Origin: a bacterium
GTDB taxonomy: Bacteria; Patescibacteriota; Doudnabacteria; UBA920; VMFF01
Reading direction: 5' to 3'
NCBI GenBank assembly: GCA_021811585.1
Contig: JAJZOG010000005.1
Location: 725 to 64,724, forward strand
Length of the DNA stretch: 64,000 nucleotides
Below are positions 18,723 through 29,231 of the stretch, one piece after another. Position 1 is the stretch's first letter, and every line of letters starts with the position of its first letter. The notes under the pieces were generated by a model. That model had not been told where the DNA came from, searched no databases, and worked only from the letters and a program-made list of their open reading frames with translations. Both the position numbers and the translations under genes were made by a program.

Positions 18723-19574
18723 ATGCAAAAATTAACAGCTTCGGAATTACAACTTAAAGCAAACGATCTGCGCCAGGATGTTATCGAGATGCTCCTGGAG
18801 GCGGGTTCCGGCCACAGTGCCGGGCCGCTTGGCACCGCGGATATTTTTGCCGCGCTTTATTTTAACGTTTTAAATCATGACCCGAAAAATCCAAAATGGG
18901 TGGGGCGTGACAGGTTGGTTCTTTCTTGCGGACATATCTGCCCGATTTTGTACGCTGCCCTTGCGGAAAGCGGATATTTTCCGACGGAAGAATTAAAAAC
19001 TCTTCGCAAGCTGGGCACCCGCCTGCAGGGCCATCCTCATAATTTAGATTTGCCGGGAATTGAAAATTCTTCCGGGCCTTTGGGGCAGGGTTTTTCGCAG
19101 GCAATCGGCATGGCTTTGGCGGCAAAATTAAACCATGAAAGGCACCGCATCTACTGCATCTCCAGCGACGGCGAGCATGATGAGGGCCAGATTTGGGAAG
19201 CAATTATGTTTGCGGGGAAAAACAAACTTAACAATTTAACGGTTATTTTAGACAGAAATAATATACAAATTGACGGCTATACCGAAGACGTTATGCCTTT
19301 GGAGCCGCTGCGCGATAAATACGAAGCGTTTAACTGGCACGTCTTGGAAATTGACGGCAATAATATTCATGAAATTATGGATGCCTGCGGCGAGGCAAAA
19401 ACAATTTACGAGAAGCCGACAATAATTATTGCGCATACTGTTCCCGGGAAAGGGGTTGGCTTCATGGAATTTGATTACAAATGGCACGGTACGCCGCCGA
19501 ACAAAGAACAAGCCGCGCGGGCATTGCATGAGCTGCGCACTTTGAGGGGCGCTATTAAGAGCGAGCATGAATAA
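18723..19574 (+). CDS. Transketolase, N-terminal (TPP-binding) subunit
   Basis: GSGH, RDRLVLSCGH, LQGHP, SDGEHDEGQIWEA. Confidence 0.94.
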   Translation: MQKLTASELQLKANDLRQDVIEMLLEAGSGHSAGPLGTADIFAALYFNVLNHDPKNPKWVGRDRLVLSCGHICPILYAALAESGYFPTEELKTLRKLGTRLQGHPHNLDLPGIENSSGPLGQGFSQAIGMALAAKLNHERHRIYCISSDGEHDEGQIWEAIMFAGKNKLNNLTVILDRNNIQIDGYTEDVMPLEPLRDKYEAFNWHVLEIDGNNIHEIMDACGEAKTIYEKPTIIIAHTVPGKGVGFMEFDYKWHGTPPNKEQAARALHELRTLRGAIKSEHE

Positions 19575-19597
19575 AAGCGGAAATTTTCTAGATTAAT

Positions 19598-20626
19598 ATG
19601 AAAATCAAAGTTGAAAATAAAAAATTTACAGGGCTTGGCCTTGCTCCGCTTGCTCCGGATATCGGCAGAGCGGATATAAAACAGGTGCCAACAAGGAACG
19701 GCTACGGCGAAGCCCTGGTTGAGCTTGGGGAGAAAAATCCCGATGTTGTGGTTTTAACCGGGGATCTTTCGGATTCCACGCGCGCCGCGGAATTTGCCAA
19801 GAAATTTCCGGAGAGATTTTTTGAAGTCGGCGTTGCGGAGCAAAATTTAATGGGCATTGCAGCTGGCCTTGCTTTATCGGGAAAAACGCCGTTCGTTTCT
19901 TCCTATGCGACATTTTCTCCCGGGAGAAATTGGGACCAGTTGCGCGTGAGCGTTTGCTACAGCCGTGCGAACGTAAAAATTGCGGGAGCGCACACCGGCG
20001 TTTCGGTAGGGCCGGACGGCGCCACGCATCAGGCGCTCGAAGATATTGCCATTACCAGGGTTTTGCCGAATTTAACTGTTGTTGTCCCTTGCGATTCGCT
20101 GCAAACCAAAGCCGCTGCAATTGCCGCCTGCCAAATTCAGGGTCCGGTTTATTTTCGTTTTGCGCGGGAGGCAACGCCGGTTTTTACGACTCCTGAAACG
20201 CCGTTTGAAATAGGCAAGGCACAGCTTTTGCGGGACGGCGGCGATGTTGCGGTAATCGGCTGCGGGCCGGTTTTATATCATGCGCTTTTGGCTGCGCAGG
20301 AACTTGGAAAAGAAGGCCTGAGCGTTTTGGTTTTAAACAATCACACTATAAAGCCAATGGACGAGGAAGCTGTTGTTGCCTGTGCCGAAAAATGCGGAGC
20401 AGTTGTAACCTTGGAAGAGCACCAGGTGTCGGGCGGCGCGGGCAGCGCTGTCTGCGAGGCGCTTGCAAAATATTTTCCGGTTCCGGTGGAAATGGTTGGC
20501 ATGCAGGATACGTTCGGCGAAAGCGGGGAGCCGGCGGAACTTATAGAAAAGTACGGCATGGGCAAAGAAGCGGTTATCAGCGCGATTAAAAAAGTGTTAA
20601 CAAGAAAAAAGAAAGGGAATTCATGA
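19598..20626 (+). CDS. Transketolase, C-terminal subunit
   Basis: GVAEQNLMG, GPDGATHQ, TIKP.D, EEH. Confidence 0.94.
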   Translation: MKIKVENKKFTGLGLAPLAPDIGRADIKQVPTRNGYGEALVELGEKNPDVVVLTGDLSDSTRAAEFAKKFPERFFEVGVAEQNLMGIAAGLALSGKTPFVSSYATFSPGRNWDQLRVSVCYSRANVKIAGAHTGVSVGPDGATHQALEDIAITRVLPNLTVVVPCDSLQTKAAAIAACQIQGPVYFRFAREATPVFTTPETPFEIGKAQLLRDGGDVAVIGCGPVLYHALLAAQELGKEGLSVLVLNNHTIKPMDEEAVVACAEKCGAVVTLEEHQVSGGAGSAVCEALAKYFPVPVEMVGMQDTFGESGEPAELIEKYGMGKEAVISAIKKVLTRKKKGNS

Positions 20627-21672
20627 AAGCAAATTATGATATTATCGGCATAGGCGATTGCACTTTGGATACTTTTGTAATTCTGGAAGAAGCCAACGTG
20701 CATTGCAATTTAAACCATGAGGATTGCCAGCTGTGCATGAGTTTTGCAAATAAAATTCCATACCAGAGCATGGTCCAGCTCTCCGCTGGGAATTCAAACA
20801 ATGTTTCTGTGGGCATGTCCCGGCTCGGATTTAAGTCGGCGTTTTACGGCACTGTCGGAGCGGATGAGCACGGCCGCATTATTTTGAATGCCTTGAAAAA
20901 AGACAAAGTCAATACTTCCATGATGAGCATCCAAAAAAAATTTCCCACAAATTTCCATATCGTCCTTTCTTTCAAGGGCGAGCGCACAATTTTAATAAAA
21001 CACCAGCCCTATGCTTACGAGCTGCCGCCGAATTTGGCGCGGACAAACTGGATTTATTTTTCTTCGGTGGGAGAAAGCGGATTGTCTTTGCATCCCAAGC
21101 TGGTAAAATTTTTGCAGGCCAATGCGCATATAAAAATGGCCTTTAACCCGGGGACTTTCCAATTGCGCCTGGGAATGGAAAAATTAATGCCGCTTATGCG
21201 CCGCACTGAAATTCTTTTCGTAAACAAGGAAGAGGCGGAACTTTTAGCCGGCAGGAACGGCGGCAGCATGGAAAAACTTGCGCGCGTTTTGCACAAGCAC
21301 GGGCCGAAAATAGTTGTTATTACGGACGGTCTGAACGGCTCTTACTGCTTTGATCGCGGCAATTTTTATTACATAGGCATTTATCCGCACCGCCCGATTG
21401 AAGCGACCGGAGCCGGCGACGCGTTTGCCACCGGCTTCACTGCGGCAATGATGCGCGGGCTTGGCGCCGATGAAGCCATGCGGTGGGGCGCGCGAAACGG
21501 CGCTTCGGTTGCCACGCAAATTGGCCCTCAGGCAGGGCTGGTTACAAAAAAGGAAATGCTTAATTCGCTCGGCGCGCACAAGCAGTTCCGCGCGCAATTG
21601 ATGAATGCTGAAAAAGCCGCGATGAAGGAGCGAATTAAGGCCGGCGCTGCCCAGGGCCGGCGCGGCCGTTAA
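20623..21672 (+). CDS. PfkB-family carbohydrate kinase
   Basis: AGNSNNVS..MSRLG, FNPG, EATGAGDAF. Confidence 0.9.
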   Translation: MKANYDIIGIGDCTLDTFVILEEANVHCNLNHEDCQLCMSFANKIPYQSMVQLSAGNSNNVSVGMSRLGFKSAFYGTVGADEHGRIILNALKKDKVNTSMMSIQKKFPTNFHIVLSFKGERTILIKHQPYAYELPPNLARTNWIYFSSVGESGLSLHPKLVKFLQANAHIKMAFNPGTFQLRLGMEKLMPLMRRTEILFVNKEEAELLAGRNGGSMEKLARVLHKHGPKIVVITDGLNGSYCFDRGNFYYIGIYPHRPIEATGAGDAFATGFTAAMMRGLGADEAMRWGARNGASVATQIGPQAGLVTKKEMLNSLGAHKQFRAQLMNAEKAAMKERIKAGAAQGRRGR

Positions 21673-21722
21673 GCGCCGGTAATTCGCCGGCCGGCAGTTA
21701 ACTAAAAATTAATCAAAAATTT

Positions 21723-22748
21723 ATGAAACCAATCAAACTTGCCATAAACGGCTTCGGGCGCATAGGCCGCCAGGCATTCAAAATTGCGCTTGAAAAGCCG
21801 GAAATCGAAATCCTTGCAATAAACGATTTGACCAATCCGCAGGTGCTTGCGCATCTTTTAAAATACGATACAAATTACGGGATTTATCCCAAGGAAGTTT
21901 CCTTCGATGAAAATCATATCATAGTGGACGGCCAAAAAATTGTTGTTGTCGCGGAAAAAGATCCCGCACTTCTGCCTTGGGGAAAAATGGGCGTTGATGT
22001 TGTTATTGAATCCACGGGCAGGTTTACGGATTCGGAAAAATCTGCCGCGCATTTGAAAGCCGGCGCCAAAAGGGTCATAATTTCCGCTCCCGCAAAAGAT
22101 GCGGGCATCACCAAAACCTTTGTCCTTTCCGTAAACAATTCGGGTTATAAAGGCGAAGAAATAATTTCCAACGCATCCTGCACGACAAATTGCATTACCC
22201 CGGTTGCCCAGGTTTTGGTTGATAAGTTCGGCATAGAAAAAATAATGATGACCACGATTCACTCGTATACCGCAGAGCAGAATCTTGTCGACGGCCCTCC
22301 GCCGGGAGGCTTTTCCACTGATTTGCGTCGAGCCAGGAGCGCGTCCAACAATATAGTGCCCACAAGCACAGGGGCAACCGTTGCCGCCACCGAAGCCATC
22401 CCGCAGCTAAGAGGGCTTTTCCACGGGCTTTCAATTCGCGTGCCCACGCCGGTTGGTTCGCTTTCCGATTTTGTGGCCTTGCTTTCCAGAAAAACCACCA
22501 AAGAAGAAATTAACCGGGCATTTATGGATGCCGGCAAGGAAAAACGTTACGCGGGGATTTTGAGCGTCACAAGCGAACCGCTCGTTTCCTCGGATATTAT
22601 AGGCAACCCGAGCTCGGCAATAGTCGATTTATCTTTAACGGAAGTTGTTGGCGGCGATTTGGCTAAGGTTGTGGCTTGGTATGATAATGAGTTTGGCTAT
22701 TCGAACCGCTTGGTTGAGGAGGTTTTAATGGTCGGGCAATCAATATAA
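21723..22748 (+). CDS. gap: Glyceraldehyde-3-phosphate dehydrogenase type I
   Basis: INGFGRIGR, SNASCTTNC, WYDNE. Confidence 0.97.
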   Translation: MKPIKLAINGFGRIGRQAFKIALEKPEIEILAINDLTNPQVLAHLLKYDTNYGIYPKEVSFDENHIIVDGQKIVVVAEKDPALLPWGKMGVDVVIESTGRFTDSEKSAAHLKAGAKRVIISAPAKDAGITKTFVLSVNNSGYKGEEIISNASCTTNCITPVAQVLVDKFGIEKIMMTTIHSYTAEQNLVDGPPPGGFSTDLRRARSASNNIVPTSTGATVAATEAIPQLRGLFHGLSIRVPTPVGSLSDFVALLSRKTTKEEINRAFMDAGKEKRYAGILSVTSEPLVSSDIIGNPSSAIVDLSLTEVVGGDLAKVVAWYDNEFGYSNRLVEEVLMVGQSI

Positions 22749-22756
22749 AGAGCAGG

Positions 22757-24019
22757 ATGGAATTTCTCCGCGAACAAAAAAATCTCAAAGGCAAAACCGC
22801 GCTTGTGCGCGCGGATTTGGATGCCCCGCACGAAAACGGGAAAATCCTCGACGATTACCGTATCGTAATTTCCGCGGCAACGGTTGCTTTTTTGCGCAAA
22901 GCCGGTGCAAAAATAATCGTTATTTCAAAATTGGGGCGACCGAATTTGGTTTCGGAAAGCGATTGGCAAAAAAATTCGCAGGAAAATTCCAAGGAGACCC
23001 TTTTCCCCGAAGCCGTCCGCCTCGGAGAAATTTTAAACCTGAAAGTTTCGGATGGTAGTGCCCGCCTGCCGGATTACGATATCGGGCAGATCGCGTTTTT
23101 TCGCGCGGATATCCGGGAAAAGAAAAATTTGGAAATGGTAAAAAATGCGCGGCCAAGCGAAATAATTATCCTTGAAAACATCCGTTTTTATGCCGAGGAA
23201 AAAAAATGCGATGAAAATTTTGCGAAAGCATTGGCGTCCTTGGCGGATTTTTACGTCGACGAGGCCTTTGCAATGGTCCACCGGAAAGAAGCAACTGTTG
23301 CTTTGCTGCCCAAATTCCTGCCCTCTTATGCGGGCTTGAATTTGGAAAAAGAAATTGCCGCTATGCGCCGCATCCTGGATATTAAGGAAAACCCTTTTCT
23401 GGTGATTGCCGGCGGCGTAAAAATTTCCGATAAAATCGGAGCCATAAAAAACCTGGGCAAGCGCGCGGATAAAATACTTGTCGGCGGAGCGCTGGCGAAT
23501 TTATTTTTCAGGGCAAAAGGATACGAAACAGGCCAATCGGTGCTGGAAGCGGACAAGCTCGAGCTTGCGCAAGAGCTTTTGCGCAATTTTAAAGATAAAA
23601 TTATTTTGCCCGATGACGTCGTTGTTGCGGAAACGCAGCCCGGGGAACACGCAGAATTTAAGAATATCAGGATTGCGCAACCTGCCGGGATCAAGCCCCG
23701 CGAAGCGGTTTTGGACATTGGCCCCAAGACAATCCTCAATTTTTCTTCATATATAAAGACAGCCAAAAAAATGGTTTGGAACGGGCCCATGGGATATTTT
23801 GAAAATAAATCCTTTTCCTACGGGACAATGAGCATTGCAAGAATTTTTGCTTCCAAGTGCAGAGCCAGGGCTTACGGCCTGGCTGGCGGCGGTGATACTT
23901 TAAGCGCAATACATCTGGCGCGGGTCGAGGATCAAATAGATTTTATTTCAACAGGCGGCAGTGCTATGCTGGATTTTCTGGCTGGCGAGGATTTGCCCGG
24001 AATTAAAGCATTGGAGTAA
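22757..24019 (+). CDS. pgk: Phosphoglycerate kinase
   Basis: LVRADL, LENIRF, GGVKISDKI, WNGPMG, ISTGG. Confidence 0.94.
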   Translation: MEFLREQKNLKGKTALVRADLDAPHENGKILDDYRIVISAATVAFLRKAGAKIIVISKLGRPNLVSESDWQKNSQENSKETLFPEAVRLGEILNLKVSDGSARLPDYDIGQIAFFRADIREKKNLEMVKNARPSEIIILENIRFYAEEKKCDENFAKALASLADFYVDEAFAMVHRKEATVALLPKFLPSYAGLNLEKEIAAMRRILDIKENPFLVIAGGVKISDKIGAIKNLGKRADKILVGGALANLFFRAKGYETGQSVLEADKLELAQELLRNFKDKIILPDDVVVAETQPGEHAEFKNIRIAQPAGIKPREAVLDIGPKTILNFSSYIKTAKKMVWNGPMGYFENKSFSYGTMSIARIFASKCRARAYGLAGGGDTLSAIHLARVEDQIDFISTGGSAMLDFLAGEDLPGIKALE

Positions 24020-24024
24020 AATGG

Positions 24025-24078
24025 TAGTGGTAGTTGGTAGTTGGTAGATGGTAGATGGTAGATGGTAGTTGGTGTTGA
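24025..24078. repeat. G-rich heptamer array (6 full TAGWTGG units plus partial units)
   Basis: Begins 5 nt after pgk stop; no C-rich partner arm. Confidence 0.88.
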
Positions 24079-24099
24079 TAATCGCATTTATTTTTATTT

Positions 24100-25719
24100 A
24101 TGCAAATTTTTAAAAAAGTAATATTATTAATTCTGGACGGTTTTGGCGTGGCTTCGCCTTCGCGGGGAAATGCCATTTCCTTGTCAGAACCGCCGAATTT
24201 CAACAGGATTTTATCCGAATATCCTGCCACAACTTTGCAGGCATCTGGTCCGTTGGTGGGCTTGCCTTGGGGTGAGATGGGCAATTCCGAGGTTGGACAC
24301 TTAAATATCGGAGCAGGCCGAATTGTGGGCCAGGATTTGCCGCGCATTACCAGCAGCATCCAGAGCGGAGATTTTTTCAAAAACCAGGTCTTTTCCGAGG
24401 CCTGCGAGCATGTCAAAAAAAATAATTCCAAATTGCATTTGCTCGGAATGATAAGCCCTGGCGGAGTGCACAGCTACGACGAGCACCTTTACGCGCTCAT
24501 GGGCCTTGCGGCTGAACAGGGCGTTAAAAACGTTTTTATACACATGATCACCGACGGCCGCGACACCGAAGAGAAAATCGCGCTGGTGAGTTTGGAAAAA
24601 TTGCACACGCGCATCAGCCAGATAGGCGTGGGAAAAATCGCAACCGTTGCCGGAAGATTTTACGCCATGGATCGCGGCGGGCATTGGGAGCAAACAGAGC
24701 TTATGTATCAGGCAATGGCAAACGGGACCGGCGAGACCGCGAATTCCGCTTTGGATTGCATTGCTTCGAATTACGCGCGCGGCATTTATGATGAAATGAT
24801 AAGGCCGACAGTGATTTTGGAAAAAGACCATCCTGTCGCCAAAGTGGAGAGTGGCGATGCCGTAATATTTTTTAATTTCAGGCAAGACCGCGCCATACAG
24901 CTGACGGTTGCTTTTGTGGCGCCGGAGCGCATGAAAATAGAGCAGCCGCACGCAAAAATCGAGAATTTGTTTTTTGTCACAATGACTTCGTATTTGCCGG
25001 AGCTTCCTGTAAAAGTCGCCTTCCCTCCGTTAAAAATAGAAAATGATATTGCCGCCGTGGTTTCCCAGGCGGGCTTGAAGCAATTTCACGCTGCTGAAAG
25101 CGAAAAGTTTGCGCATGTTACTTCTTTTTTCAACGGCGGGAAAATGGATCCGCTCCGCGGCGAAGACCGCATGATAATTTCCAGCCCCGATAATACGCAT
25201 AATTACATTGACCATCCGGAAATGTCCGTGGAGAAGCTCACGGATACGCTCGTGGATAAGGTTGCGCACTCGGACATTAATTTTTTCGTCGTCAATTTCG
25301 CAAATGCCGATATGGTCGGCCACACCGGCAGCTTGCCTGCGACAATCGCGGCTGTTAAGGCAATTGATGCCCAAATAGGCAGGATAGAGCAGGCGGCAAT
25401 TGCCGCAGGCGCTTGCTTTATAATTACCGCTGACCATGGCAATGCCGAGCAGATGATTAATGTCCAGACAGGCGAAATTGATAAAGACCACACCACTTCA
25501 CCCGTGCCTTTTGTCTTGATCGCCCAGGAATTTAAGCGTAAAATTCCCGAGAAAATGGATTATAATTACCTTTCTTCGCTTATGCCCGAGGGCGCGCTTT
25601 CGGATATTGCTCCCACGGTTTTGGCGCTTTTGGGAATCCCCAAATCGCCGCAAATGACCGGAGTAAGCTTGCTGCCTGTTTTCGAAAAAAATGCTTATGC
25701 GGGAAATTTGGAACATTAA
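24100..25719 (+). CDS. gpmI: 2,3-bisphosphoglycerate-independent phosphoglycerate mutase
   Basis: LILDGFG, MGNSEVGH, DGRD, DMVGHTG, TADHGN. Confidence 0.96.
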   Translation: MQIFKKVILLILDGFGVASPSRGNAISLSEPPNFNRILSEYPATTLQASGPLVGLPWGEMGNSEVGHLNIGAGRIVGQDLPRITSSIQSGDFFKNQVFSEACEHVKKNNSKLHLLGMISPGGVHSYDEHLYALMGLAAEQGVKNVFIHMITDGRDTEEKIALVSLEKLHTRISQIGVGKIATVAGRFYAMDRGGHWEQTELMYQAMANGTGETANSALDCIASNYARGIYDEMIRPTVILEKDHPVAKVESGDAVIFFNFRQDRAIQLTVAFVAPERMKIEQPHAKIENLFFVTMTSYLPELPVKVAFPPLKIENDIAAVVSQAGLKQFHAAESEKFAHVTSFFNGGKMDPLRGEDRMIISSPDNTHNYIDHPEMSVEKLTDTLVDKVAHSDINFFVVNFANADMVGHTGSLPATIAAVKAIDAQIGRIEQAAIAAGACFIITADHGNAEQMINVQTGEIDKDHTTSPVPFVLIAQEFKRKIPEKMDYNYLSSLMPEGALSDIAPTVLALLGIPKSPQMTGVSLLPVFEKNAYAGNLEH

Positions 25720-27355
25720 GCAGAGGACTGAAAAAGATCTTTTGCACCAGCTTTTAAAGAATCGCGCAATCGCCGAGGCGAACGCGGATTCTTTTTTAAA
25801 TCCCGATTACGGCGAATTGCACGATCCTTTTCTTTTCACCGAGATGCACAAGGCAACGGACAGGATTTGGGAGGCGATTGAAAAAGGCGAGAAAATTTTA
25901 ATTTACAGCGATTATGACGCTGATGCCGTGACCGCGAATGCGACCATTTTCCGGGCTTTGAAATTTTTGGGAGCAACCGCGGAAGTTTATATACCGGACA
26001 GATTTTCCGAAGGATATGGTTTGAATTTGCAGGCGTTTGAAAGCATAAAAGCGCAAGGTGTGCGGGTTGTCATTACTGTTGATTGCGGCACGAATTCGGT
26101 TGCTGAAGCGCAATTTTGCAAAAAGAACGGCATTAATTTGATAATCACTGACCATCACGAAATAACAGGGGAAAAGCCGCGGGCCTTTGCGCTCATAAAT
26201 CCCAAGAACCCCGGCGAGAAATATCCGTATTGCGAGCTTACCGGCGTTGCGGTTGCCTGGAAGCTGGTTTGCGCGCTTTTTTCATCCAAAGAAAAAAGCG
26301 GTTTGCCCGGGGGTTTTGAAAAATGGTTTTTGGATTTTGTTGCCATAGGCACGATTGCGGATTGCCATTCGCTTTTGGGTGAAAACAGGATTCTTGTAAA
26401 ATTCGGCTTGCAGGTCCTGGCGAAGACAAAATGGCCCGGGCTCCGCGCTTTAATAGAAAGCGCGGCGCCGCGCGAGTTGGATGCTTATGCCGTCAGCTTT
26501 ATGATCGCGCCGCGCATTAATGCCGCCGGCAGAATAGACCATGCGCGCATTGCCTTTGATTTGCTTGTTGAAGACGATCCCGGGCGCGCGCGCCAAATGG
26601 CAGCGGAGCTGGAAAAATTAAATTCCAAAAGGCAAATGCTCACCGAAGTCGTGGTTTCCGAAGCGCGCGCCCAGCTTGCCCAGCTGGAAAACAGAAAAAT
26701 TTTGCTCGCTTCCGGCACTGATTGGCCCAAAGGCGTTGTCGGCTTGGTTGCAGGGAAGCTTTGCGAAGAGTTTGGCAAGCCGGTTTTGGTAATGGAAAAA
26801 GGCGCTGAGCATGCGACCGGTTCGGCGCGCAGCACCCCTTCTTTCAATATTGTCAATGCGCTTTCGTATTCCAAGGAATTCCTGGTAAAATACGGTGGGC
26901 ATGCCGCGGCCGCAGGTTTTACCTTGCGCAGTTCGGATATTGATTTTCTATACAAAAAGCTTTTGGAATATGCGGACGAAAATTTGCGCGAAGAGGATTT
27001 GGCAAAAACCCTGGAATTGGAAGCGGAAATTTATCCCGGTGAAATAAATTTTCAAACATTCGGCGAGATTGAAAAATTGGCTCCTTTCGGGGTTGATAAT
27101 CGCCGCCCGCGGTTCGCGCTTCCGGGGTTGATCCTGGAAGAATTCCGCACCGTCGGCAAGGGACAGGCCCATTTGCAATTGAGCGCGCGCGCCGGCGAAA
27201 AGATTTTCAGATGCATAGGGTTTAATCTCGGCTGGGCGTCCGCGGAATTAAAGCCCGGAGATAAAATCGACCTCGCCTGCGAGCTTATCAGCGACGAATG
27301 GAACGGCTTTAAGAATTTAAAATTAAGAATTTTGGATTTCAGGAAAAATGAATGA
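25691..27355 (+). CDS. recJ: ssDNA-specific exonuclease RecJ
   Basis: DYDAD, TVDCG, TDHH, PRINAAGR, GGHAAAAG. Confidence 0.95.
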   Translation: MLMREIWNIKQRTEKDLLHQLLKNRAIAEANADSFLNPDYGELHDPFLFTEMHKATDRIWEAIEKGEKILIYSDYDADAVTANATIFRALKFLGATAEVYIPDRFSEGYGLNLQAFESIKAQGVRVVITVDCGTNSVAEAQFCKKNGINLIITDHHEITGEKPRAFALINPKNPGEKYPYCELTGVAVAWKLVCALFSSKEKSGLPGGFEKWFLDFVAIGTIADCHSLLGENRILVKFGLQVLAKTKWPGLRALIESAAPRELDAYAVSFMIAPRINAAGRIDHARIAFDLLVEDDPGRARQMAAELEKLNSKRQMLTEVVVSEARAQLAQLENRKILLASGTDWPKGVVGLVAGKLCEEFGKPVLVMEKGAEHATGSARSTPSFNIVNALSYSKEFLVKYGGHAAAAGFTLRSSDIDFLYKKLLEYADENLREEDLAKTLELEAEIYPGEINFQTFGEIEKLAPFGVDNRRPRFALPGLILEEFRTVGKGQAHLQLSARAGEKIFRCIGFNLGWASAELKPGDKIDLACELISDEWNGFKNLKLRILDFRKNE

Positions 27356-27767
27356 AGAACTAACCATATTTACGGACGGAGGCGCAAGAGGCAATCCAGG
27401 CCCCGCGGGTATTGGCATTGTTTTTAAGATCGGCTCCAAAACCGCGGCGCACATAAAACAATACATAGGCGAGCACACCAATAATTTTGCCGAATACACG
27501 GCATTGATAACTGCCCTTGAAAAGGCCTTGGAGCTTGGCCATAAAAACGTCCGGTGTTTTTTGGACAGCGAATTGGTTGTCCGCCAGCTGAACGGCCAAT
27601 ATAAAATTAAAGAGCCAAGTATAAAAATCTTGGCGCAAAAGGCGCTCGCACTCACGAATAAGTTTCAGGCCGTAACTTTTTCGCACGTGCCGCGCGAAAA
27701 AAACAGCGAAGCAGACCGGCTTGTCAACCAAGCCATAGACGAAGCCACAGGTGAACGCTTCGCCTAG
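27348..27767 (+). CDS. rnhA: Ribonuclease HI
   Basis: TDGGARGNPGPAGIG, TNNFAEY, DSELVVRQ, N.EADRL. Confidence 0.93.
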   Translation: MNEELTIFTDGGARGNPGPAGIGIVFKIGSKTAAHIKQYIGEHTNNFAEYTALITALEKALELGHKNVRCFLDSELVVRQLNGQYKIKEPSIKILAQKALALTNKFQAVTFSHVPREKNSEADRLVNQAIDEATGERFA

Positions 27768-29104
27768 CGTATTATGAGCTGTGCCAAATGGCCGCCGCTT
27801 TGGTAAAATATGCGGCTGGCGTCGCTGGTGACGTAATATTTGGAATCCAGGCCCTTTGCCTGCGTGAAAATATAATTGTTTTGAGTGTCGCGATTGTCAA
27901 TCTCAATTGCCTGGATCTTGCCCTGGTTCATAAAAAAGACCCAGCCGTAATCCGGGAAATAGGTTGGATTTGAAATTGCTTCTGTTGAGCGCGTCACAAA
28001 AGAAACTGCTTGGGTCGCGGGATTATATAAATCAATCTCATTGCCTGTGGCGTAGAGCACGCTGCTGGCGTTTAGTATTTGCACTTTGCCGACAAAATCG
28101 GAGATGTGCCGGAGGTTTTGGGAAACCGCGTAAAGGGAGCTGTCCCCTAAAATGAAAATTTGGTTTTGCGGGCTTATGAAAATTTGCGCCTGGTCCCATG
28201 CGGGCAGATTCGAGGCAAGCGCGGCGCTGGCCATGCTTGGCATCTGTGCGCGCAACAGGGAAGTGCCGCCCTCCGGATTGGCGCTTATGTAATAAATGGC
28301 ATTCCCGCTGACAACGAAAGCAGAGGCATTTTCGAGGATTTTTGTTTTTGAATTTGCCTGCCAGTTTATTTGGAAAAGCGAAGGAGATTGTTGGCCCTGC
28401 CCCTGGGGCAGCCGGGCAAGCGCATAAAGGGCATCTGAACTTGAAAATTGCAAGGCGCCTTTTTCAGCGAGCGTGCCCGAAAGCAAGCTGCTGATATTTA
28501 CGGCAGTATTTTTTTGCGCATCCAATAGGAGATATTCGGAGCCGTCGGAAATTACAAAATAATTTTCGTCCGGCGAAGGGATGATTTTCGGCCGCATGCT
28601 TGAGGTGAAATTCGCCGGCAGCGGCACTTGGGTGACGCTGTTGGGAGAATTGATGCCCGCAATATTTATCTCATTTGAAGTTAAATAAACCAGCCGGTTA
28701 TTGCCGGCAAAAAAATTAAGGACGTCGTCTGAAATTGGCGTCTTTTGCGGCGAAGAAAAAAATAAAATAAGACTTTTTAAATTCAGGTTCGCGTAAGTTA
28801 CATATTGCGTGTTTACCTCCAGGCGTTTCTGCCAATCAAAATATCCCGGCTTGCTGATTTTTATAGCATAACTGCCCGGGCTGAGGAAGCGAATTTGCTT
28901 GGGGGTTGTGCCGTAATATTTTCCGTTTAGGTAAATTTGCGCGCCTTTGGGGCTGGTCTGCGCAACCAAAACGCCGGTTTTTAAAAAACGGTGCGTTTTG
29001 AAATCGTATCGCGTGCCTGTCGTAAACAGGACAATTAGCGGCGCTAGAATGATAAATGCGATGATTCCGGTGGAAATAAGGGCATACCTGTGTTTGGGTT
29101 TCAT
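27764..29104 (-). CDS. PEGA-domain membrane-anchored protein
   Basis: N-terminal TM; TSPKGAQIYLNG...GTTP...LSPGSY.I.ISKPGY; beta-rich C-terminus. Confidence 0.8.
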   Translation of the reverse strand: MKPKHRYALISTGIIAFIILAPLIVLFTTGTRYDFKTHRFLKTGVLVAQTSPKGAQIYLNGKYYGTTPKQIRFLSPGSYAIKISKPGYFDWQKRLEVNTQYVTYANLNLKSLILFFSSPQKTPISDDVLNFFAGNNRLVYLTSNEINIAGINSPNSVTQVPLPANFTSSMRPKIIPSPDENYFVISDGSEYLLLDAQKNTAVNISSLLSGTLAEKGALQFSSSDALYALARLPQGQGQQSPSLFQINWQANSKTKILENASAFVVSGNAIYYISANPEGGTSLLRAQMPSMASAALASNLPAWDQAQIFISPQNQIFILGDSSLYAVSQNLRHISDFVGKVQILNASSVLYATGNEIDLYNPATQAVSFVTRSTEAISNPTYFPDYGWVFFMNQGKIQAIEIDNRDTQNNYIFTQAKGLDSKYYVTSDASRIFYQSGGHLAQLIIR

Positions 29105-29159
29105 GGGGTTATTTTAGCAGGAACACGGATTTATTGACAAAATAGGAGAAAAATTAAAT

Positions 29160-29188
29160 TTGTCCTTGCGATGGTTTTTCGCTACAAT
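29160..29188 (+). promoter_or_regulatory. Putative sigma70 promoter of first mreB paralogue
   Basis: TTGTCC-17 nt-TACAAT. Confidence 0.5.
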
Positions 29189-29231
29189 AGGGAAACAGGT
29201 TTAAAATTATCCTTATTTTGGAAATCGGCAT

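Noticed and set aside
21640-21700. GC-rich GCCGGC cluster at the pfkB end as a REP element
   Set aside because: Only an irregular hairpin, with no second copy of the arrangement seen in the window.
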